A DNA stretch of 64,000 nt, from assembly GCA_024400635.1 (NCBI GenBank), contig JAKSMI010000004.1, forward strand, positions 22,340-86,339, given 5' to 3'. Below the pieces are notes generated by a model. The model saw nothing but the letters and a program-made list of their open reading frames with translations, was not told the origin of the DNA and searched no databases. The stretch is from Bacteroidales bacterium (GTDB taxonomy: Bacteria > Bacteroidota > Bacteroidia > Bacteroidales > WCHB1-69). This document shows, one piece after another, positions 58,602 to 64,000 of the stretch. The position numbers were made by a program, and so were the translations under genes. The number at the start of each line of letters is the position of its first letter. The stretch's first letter is position 1.

Positions 58602-58735
58602 GTCAGCTGACACGGCTGAACAGACATTGATGTCGGCAAAAACTGTCAGGCGACGAAAAAAACAGACATTAATGTCGAAAAATTTGTCAAACGGTGCGCA
58701 GGAATAGACATTAATGTCAATATCATAAACAGACA
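58602..58735. promoter_or_regulatory. Phased array of GACA/TGTC palindromes (operator- or iteron-like)
   Basis: gtcagctgac starts at 58602, gacattgatgtc at 58623, and gacattaatgtc at both 58665 and 58707. The last three are exactly 42 bp apart. TGTC/GACA half-sites sit about 21 bp out of phase at 58644, 58685 and 58732. Confidence 0.55.
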
Positions 58736-58762
58736 ATGAAAAAACCTTAAAATAAACATATC

Positions 58763-59416
58763 ATGAAACAGCTTGTAAGGATAATCCAGAATTTCAAGAT
58801 TGTAGGTGCGACGCACACGATCATCACAATTGTAAACAGTTATGACAACAAGGAACAGGTGAAGGCATTGACGGACAGGCTCGGTGTCTTGTGCGACCAG
58901 TTTGTGGACATCAACAAGGAGTTCGTTGACGGCAGCAATATGCGTGCGGCGGATAAGAACGTCGATGCGATGTTCCGCACGGTGAAGATGCTTGCTGATG
59001 CGTATTCACGATGGCCGGAGGCTGATGTCCAGTCAGCCGCGAAACATCTGTATGGCATGGTTTCGGAATACGGACATTTCAGCAGGAAGAGCTATGACGA
59101 GAAGCCTGTGGCGGTGGAATCGTTGGTGACGGACCTCGGCAAAGACGGGGTGAAGGACATGGTGGCGCTGATACCCGGGCTGCCGGCGGCCGTGGACAAG
59201 CTCAAGGAGTACGGTGAGGCTATGGCGGCAAGCCATTACGAACACAGCAGCCTCGTCTCCGCAAAAATGTCGCAGGCCAAGTCGCGCGACATCGTCCGGC
59301 AGATCGCCGGCATCCTCAACGACGAGCTTTTGGTACTGCTCAACGCCGCAGCCATCGAGGACCAGAACAACACCAATAAGAGCACCGGCTTTTCCGTCCG
59401 CTGTCTAAGGGACTAA
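58763..59416 (+). CDS. Helical hypothetical protein (possibly DUF6261-like) ending in a GFSVRCLRD tail
   Basis: Visibly GC-richer than its surroundings. The tail matches the usual C-terminus of FISUMP-domain proteins, which suggests a fusion or remnant. Confidence 0.45.
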   Translation: MKQLVRIIQNFKIVGATHTIITIVNSYDNKEQVKALTDRLGVLCDQFVDINKEFVDGSNMRAADKNVDAMFRTVKMLADAYSRWPEADVQSAAKHLYGMVSEYGHFSRKSYDEKPVAVESLVTDLGKDGVKDMVALIPGLPAAVDKLKEYGEAMAASHYEHSSLVSAKMSQAKSRDIVRQIAGILNDELLVLLNAAAIEDQNNTNKSTGFSVRCLRD

Positions 59417-59431
59417 TCATCAAAATAAACC

Positions 59432-59465
59432 AAGCCATTTCCATGCGTGAGCGGGGAAATGGCTT
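59432..59465 (+). terminator. Hairpin downstream of 58763-59416
   Basis: An 11-bp stem (aagccatttcc / ggaaatggctt) with a 12-nt loop and a weak T-tract. Confidence 0.35.
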
Positions 59466-59578
59466 ACCTTAATATAATTACATCTGTTCTCCAAAACGTA
59501 TTTATAATTATTGCTAAGTTCTACTTAGAAGTGCAATATTTTTTTTCTCGGAAAGAATGCCGTATAATGATTTTATTG

Positions 59579-59586
59579 TATTTTTG
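59579..59586 (+). promoter_or_regulatory. Bacteroidota-type -7 promoter box (TATTTTTG)
   Basis: Lies 62 nt upstream of the ATG at 59648. Confidence 0.4.
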
Positions 59587-59647
59587 CAACTCAATTCATA
59601 ACAAAAAATCCATCGGTTTTTTCGGGGCCAAAACAATATTTATAATT

Positions 59648-60895
59648 ATGAAAAACTTCAAACTTTCAATCCTTTTCGTAAGCGTTATGCTTATGATTTG
59701 CTCTTGCGGAAACAAGAAAACTGCAGAAGAACCTGCTCTTAATCCCAATATGCAGTACCGTGAACTCGGTTCTACTGGCATCAAAGTGGCTGAAATCGGT
59801 ATCGGTTGCTCTGCCTTCGGTTACATGGATACCACTCAAAGCTACGAATTTATGACGGTTGCCCTTGAAGGCGGTGTCAACTATATGGACTTATACGATG
59901 CAGATCCGACGGTACGCAGCAATATCGGTTATGCTCTTCGTGGCCGCCGCGACCAGATGAACATCCAAGGCCATATCGGCAATTATTGGAACAACGGACA
60001 GTACGAACGTACCCGTGATATGGATAAGGTGAAAGCCGGCTTCGAAGATCTACTTCAACGTCTTGAAACTGACCATATTGAAGTGGGCATGCTTCACATC
60101 AGCGATGATATGGAAGACTGGAATGCTATCGCTAATGGTCCTATGATTGAATATGCTCAGCAACTGAAAGATGAAGGTAAAATCAAACATATCGGTATGA
60201 GCAGCCATAATGCGGAAGTGGCTCTTGCTGCTGCAAAAAGTGGTCTCGTTGAAGTCATCATGTTCAGCTTGAATCCTGCCTTCGACTTGATTCCTTCTGG
60301 TTTAAGTGTTTGGGATTCCACAAGTTATACTCAGATGATGAGCGGCATCGATCCTGTCCGTGTTGAGTTGTACGACTATTGCGCACAGCACAACATCGCC
60401 ATCACTGTTATGAAGGCTTTCGGTGGTGCCGGCGGACAATTGATGGATGCGTCAAGATCTCCTCTGAAAGTGGCTTTGTCTCCAGCTCAGTGCCTTGCAT
60501 ACGCTTTGGCTAAGCCATGCGTGGCAACTGTTGTCTGCGGCGCTAAGACCATCGATGAACTCAAAATAGACTTGGCATACGAACAGGCTTCCGAAAGCGA
60601 CAAAGACTATTCTGCCGTGCTGAATGGGGAAGGACAACATAGTGGCGAAAGTGCCTGCACCTATTGCAATCACTGTTCTCCTTGTCCGCAAGGTATTGAC
60701 ATTGCAAAAGTTAACGAATTGCTCGACCAGGCAACAGCTGGAGACCAAGTTCCTGAAAACGTAGTTAAAGAATACAAAGCATTGGCTCATAAGGCCGGTG
60801 AATGCACGCAATGCGGCGCATGCGAAAGCCGTTGCCCATTCGGCGTTTCTATCCGCGAAAGAATGAAGGAAGCTCAACGCGTTTTTGGCGAATAA
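59648..60895 (+). CDS. Aldo/keto reductase with a C-terminal 4Fe-4S ferredoxin-type domain and a lipoprotein-like signal
   Basis: ATG at 59648 (MKNFKLSILFVSVMLMICSCG). An AKR core is followed by CTYCNHCSPCP and CTQCGACESRCP cluster motifs. Confidence 0.7.
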   Translation: MKNFKLSILFVSVMLMICSCGNKKTAEEPALNPNMQYRELGSTGIKVAEIGIGCSAFGYMDTTQSYEFMTVALEGGVNYMDLYDADPTVRSNIGYALRGRRDQMNIQGHIGNYWNNGQYERTRDMDKVKAGFEDLLQRLETDHIEVGMLHISDDMEDWNAIANGPMIEYAQQLKDEGKIKHIGMSSHNAEVALAAAKSGLVEVIMFSLNPAFDLIPSGLSVWDSTSYTQMMSGIDPVRVELYDYCAQHNIAITVMKAFGGAGGQLMDASRSPLKVALSPAQCLAYALAKPCVATVVCGAKTIDELKIDLAYEQASESDKDYSAVLNGEGQHSGESACTYCNHCSPCPQGIDIAKVNELLDQATAGDQVPENVVKEYKALAHKAGECTQCGACESRCPFGVSIRERMKEAQRVFGE

Positions 60896-61992
60896 AACTG
60901 CTGTGCCACTATCCAGGCACTTGCCCAGGCGAAAAACAGATTATATCCCCCACATAGACCGTCTATGTCCAACATTTCTCCAAGGACATAGACGTTTTTT
61001 AGTTTTTTTAACTCGAAGTTTTTATCTATTTCTTCCACTTTGATGCCCCCATGACATACCTGGGCGAATTCAAAATCGTAAACACCTTTGATGTCAAACT
61101 TCAAATTTCTGATACTGAAAGGATTGCGTTCGTAATATTGAACTAATTTTGGGTGAATCAATCCTTTGAAACTGTTGAATTGCTGCCAATGACGACGCTC
61201 ATCGTAATCAGGATCATCAGGTATCAAATCAAAGTGAATAGAACAATTCCCTTTGTCTTTCAATCGATTATAATAAGCTGAAAGATTGAGAATTACAATT
61301 CCAGAAACCCCATCATCCTTGAAGGTGATTTCGCCGGTTTCGGAATATATAAGTTGCTGCTTTTGGAACAAACTGCAACGGGCTTTGCAGCGACAACCCG
61401 ATAGCGATTTAGGATATTTTAAGAGTTTAAAACCTACCAAAGATGGTTGAAATTCATTTTTCTGAATCTTAAAATCTGTTAAACAGTCTCCTATATCAAT
61501 TCTGTTTTTGGCAATGACTCCTGCCGGACTGCCCGTAGCCCAAATCAATTTGTCAAACTTTATTTCTAAATTGTTGATTTTGAAATAATTATTGGTTTTA
61601 ACGAATTTTGACACGAAATAGTCGTATTCAAAATGAACATTCTGGTGTAGATTTTCGAGCAGAACATCAAGGACAGTTTGAGAAAAGAAAGTGGCAGGGT
61701 AGACTCTTCCTTCTTCGTCGGTGCTCATCCTAAGTCCCATGTTTTCAAATTCCCGAGCTATGGTTTGAGGTGTCACGCGACATAATAAATCAGCGATGAA
61801 TGCTGAATTGTTGTAGCATTCACCGCTGATGTGTGTATTGAAAATGTTGGCCTTTCCGCCGCCTGATGCTTTGATTTTGAAGCCGGGTTTGCTGTTTTTC
61901 TCGAAGATGTATATCTGAAGATCCTTATTTTTGGCAATAAGTTTTGCTAAAAACAAGCCTGCAGCACCAGCACCGACAATCGCGATATTCAT
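60874..61992 (-). CDS. HI0933/BaiN-family FAD-dependent oxidoreductase
   Basis: [15 protein letters not shown] motif, [11 protein letters not shown], and a C-terminal [12 protein letters not shown] motif. Confidence 0.65.
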   Translation of the reverse strand: MNIAIVGAGAAGLFLAKLIAKNKDLQIYIFEKNSKPGFKIKASGGGKANIFNTHISGECYNNSAFIADLLCRVTPQTIAREFENMGLRMSTDEEGRVYPATFFSQTVLDVLLENLHQNVHFEYDYFVSKFVKTNNYFKINNLEIKFDKLIWATGSPAGVIAKNRIDIGDCLTDFKIQKNEFQPSLVGFKLLKYPKSLSGCRCKARCSLFQKQQLIYSETGEITFKDDGVSGIVILNLSAYYNRLKDKGNCSIHFDLIPDDPDYDERRHWQQFNSFKGLIHPKLVQYYERNPFSIRNLKFDIKGVYDFEFAQVCHGGIKVEEIDKNFELKKLKNVYVLGEMLDIDGLCGGYNLFFAWASAWIVAQQFYSPKTR

Positions 61993-62010
61993 CAGGACGA
62001 TTTTGAATGC

Positions 62011-63015
62011 TTATTTTTGCATTTCTTTAGCCAGTTTTTCAGTCAACAAAGGAATAACCTTGTTCAAATCGCCAACGAGGCCAAGGTCTGCCACCTGGAA
62101 GATAGGAGCATACTTGTCTTTGTTGATGGCGATGATGAAGTCGGATTCTTCCATACCTGCCAAGTGCTGGATGGCACCGGAAATACCGCAAGCGAAATAA
62201 ACGTTTGGACGTACGGTCTTACCGGTTTGTCCAACCTGACGGTCGTGAGGCATAACGCCGGCATCGACCATGGCACGTGAAGAAGAAACCTGTCCACCGA
62301 GAACGTCAGCGAGAGCTTGCAATTTCTTGAAACCTTCGGCGCAGCCAACGCCACGTCCACCAGAAACCAGAATCTTGGCAGCCTGGATGTCAACGGCATT
62401 CTTTTCTTCCTTGACGGTCTTCAGCAATTTGACTTTGAATTTGCTGCTGTCGAATTGAGGTTGGAAATCAATGACTTCACCTTTGCGGTTGGCATCGCGA
62501 ACCATTTTCTGCATTACACCAGGACGTACGGTAGACATCTGAGGACGATGTTCGGTACACATAATGGTAGCCATCAAGTTGCCACCAAATGCGGGACGGG
62601 TCATCATTAACTGTTTGTCTTCTGATACTTCCAATTTGGTGCAGTCTGCAGTCAGACCAGTACCAAGGCGGGCTGCCAATCTTGGAGCCAGGTCACGGCC
62701 GATGGTTGTGGCACCGAACATCAGAATGCTGGGCTGGAATTTCTGAACCATCTGATAGATGGCCTGTGAATATTGTTCTGTGAGATAGTCTTTCAATTCT
62801 GGAGTGTCCATGCAAATGACTTCATCAGCACCCATTTCGATGAGGAATTGGGCGTGTTTCTTCACCTGGTCGCCAGCAAGGATAGCCACCACCTTTTCGT
62901 TCAGGTCAGCAGCCAAATCGCGTGCTTTTCCCAACAGCTCCAATCCAACGGACTGGATTTCGCCTTCGCGTTGTTCTACGAAAACATATACGTTTTTATA
63001 ATCTGTCTTTTCCAT
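62011..63015 (-). CDS. etfA: Electron transfer flavoprotein alpha subunit
   Basis: The C-terminal FAD-binding region ([18 protein letters not shown]). Confidence 0.85.
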   Translation of the reverse strand: MEKTDYKNVYVFVEQREGEIQSVGLELLGKARDLAADLNEKVVAILAGDQVKKHAQFLIEMGADEVICMDTPELKDYLTEQYSQAIYQMVQKFQPSILMFGATTIGRDLAPRLAARLGTGLTADCTKLEVSEDKQLMMTRPAFGGNLMATIMCTEHRPQMSTVRPGVMQKMVRDANRKGEVIDFQPQFDSSKFKVKLLKTVKEEKNAVDIQAAKILVSGGRGVGCAEGFKKLQALADVLGGQVSSSRAMVDAGVMPHDRQVGQTGKTVRPNVYFACGISGAIQHLAGMEESDFIIAINKDKYAPIFQVADLGLVGDLNKVIPLLTEKLAKEMQK

Positions 63016-63049
63016 AATTACAATATTATATTATACCGACTGTTGCCGA

Positions 63050-63832
63050 TTAGATGATGTGTTTTTCTTTTAACTTACTGATGATGATGTTGCAAGCTTC
63101 TTCGGCATCGACTTCGAAAGTTTCGCCGGCACCTTTTTGCGCCTTGGTGAAAGATTTCTTCACGCGGGTGGGGGAGCCTGACAAACCTAATTTTTCTTTG
63201 GCAACGTCAATCTTGTCTGCCGTCCAGATTTCAACCTCTTTGTCGAAGGCTTCCATGATGCCGGCAACACTCATGTAGCGAGCCTTGTTGGCGGTAGCCA
63301 AAACAGTGAGAAGGCAAGGCATTTCCACAGAAAGCATCTGATAACCATTTTCCGTTTCTTTCTTAATGGTCAGATTCTTGCTTCCATCATATTCAATGCC
63401 TGTAACGTAAGAAATCTGTGGCAATTGGAGGTGTTCTGCCATTTCAGGACCTACCTGTGCGGTATCACCATCAATAGCCTGACGACCACCGATGACAAGG
63501 TCGTAGTCCATGCAACGCAACGCGCCAGCCAAAGCATTGGAAGTAGCTAAAGTGTCAGCGCCAGCAAATGCTCTGTCTGTCAATAAGATAGCGCGATCTG
63601 CGCCCATGGCGAATGCTTCACGAAGGATGGCTTCTGCCTGTGGAGGTCCCATCGTGATGACGGTAACTTCCGCTCCGTATTGGTCTTTCAAGCGGAGTGC
63701 CATTTCCAAACCGCCTTTGTCATCTGGGTTCATAATACTGGGAACGCCATCACGGATGAGGGTGCCTGTAACCGGATTTATTTTAATTTCGGTGGTATCC
63801 GGAACCTGTTTTATACATACTACAATTTTCAT
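63050..63832 (-). CDS. etfB: Electron transfer flavoprotein beta subunit
   Basis: MKIVVCIKQVPDT start and GRQAIDGDTAQVGP motif. Confidence 0.85.
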   Translation of the reverse strand: MKIVVCIKQVPDTTEIKINPVTGTLIRDGVPSIMNPDDKGGLEMALRLKDQYGAEVTVITMGPPQAEAILREAFAMGADRAILLTDRAFAGADTLATSNALAGALRCMDYDLVIGGRQAIDGDTAQVGPEMAEHLQLPQISYVTGIEYDGSKNLTIKKETENGYQMLSVEMPCLLTVLATANKARYMSVAGIMEAFDKEVEIWTADKIDVAKEKLGLSGSPTRVKKSFTKAQKGAGETFEVDAEEACNIIISKLKEKHII

Positions 63833-63840
63833 AATTTTTT

Positions 63841-64000
63841 CTATTTTAATAATTTACCAGCGATGACCATACGTTGAACTTCAGATGTGCCTTCATAAAT
63901 TTCGGTAATCTTAGCATCACGCATCATTCTTTCAACAGGATATTCACGGGTGTAACCGTAACCACCGTGGAGCTGAACGGCCTTGGTAGTAACTTCCATT
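63841..64000 (-). CDS. Acyl-CoA dehydrogenase, C-terminal fragment (5' end beyond window)
   Basis: The minus strand reads ...[46 protein letters not shown]. It lies upstream of etfBA. Confidence 0.8.
   Translation of the reverse strand, partial: MEVTTKAVQLHGGYGYTREYPVERMMRDAKITEIYEGTSEVQRMVIAGKLLK

Overview
This 64-kb chromosomal segment looks like Bacteroidota, probably Bacteroidales. Supporting signs are TAnnTTTG -7 promoter boxes upstream of many genes, an spt-type sphingolipid gene, an LptE-like/SecG/sigma-54-activator cluster and lipoprotein-type signal peptides. Housekeeping genes present are the dnaE 3' end, spt, dut, ispG, ftsE, gyrB, pdxJ, fabD, secG, glyA, ftsK, a lolA-like gene, psd, etfAB and an acyl-CoA dehydrogenase 3' end. 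Three accessory regions interrupt them. (1) At 2.8-11.3 kb there are two tandem GtrA/GT2/GT-C glycosylation cassettes interleaved with Schlafen/AlbA_2-type genes. One AlbA_2 gene is a decayed remnant; the other sits between 138-bp direct repeats and carries an internal tandem duplication. (2) At 11.4-15.4 kb there is an hpdBCA-type glycyl-radical 4-hydroxyphenylacetate decarboxylase operon, which abuts a truncated GT-C gene. (3) At 48.3-59.6 kb there is a mosaic defence island. It contains a NERD gene, dinD, and a DUF262 + HEPN cassette bracketed by 143-bp repeats. It also holds a tightly coupled operon of a Type IIG-like nuclease-methylase-TRD protein, two orphan proteins and an NdpA/YejK-like protein. 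I flag that operon as the best candidate for an undescribed system. I saw no rRNA, tRNA, CRISPR array, transposase or integrase. All functional calls rest on motifs recognised by eye and on remembered family features; no searches were run. Coordinates of non-coding elements may be off by about 1 nt. The ORF track renders TTG/GTG starts as M, so several starts were moved to the nearest plausible ATG.
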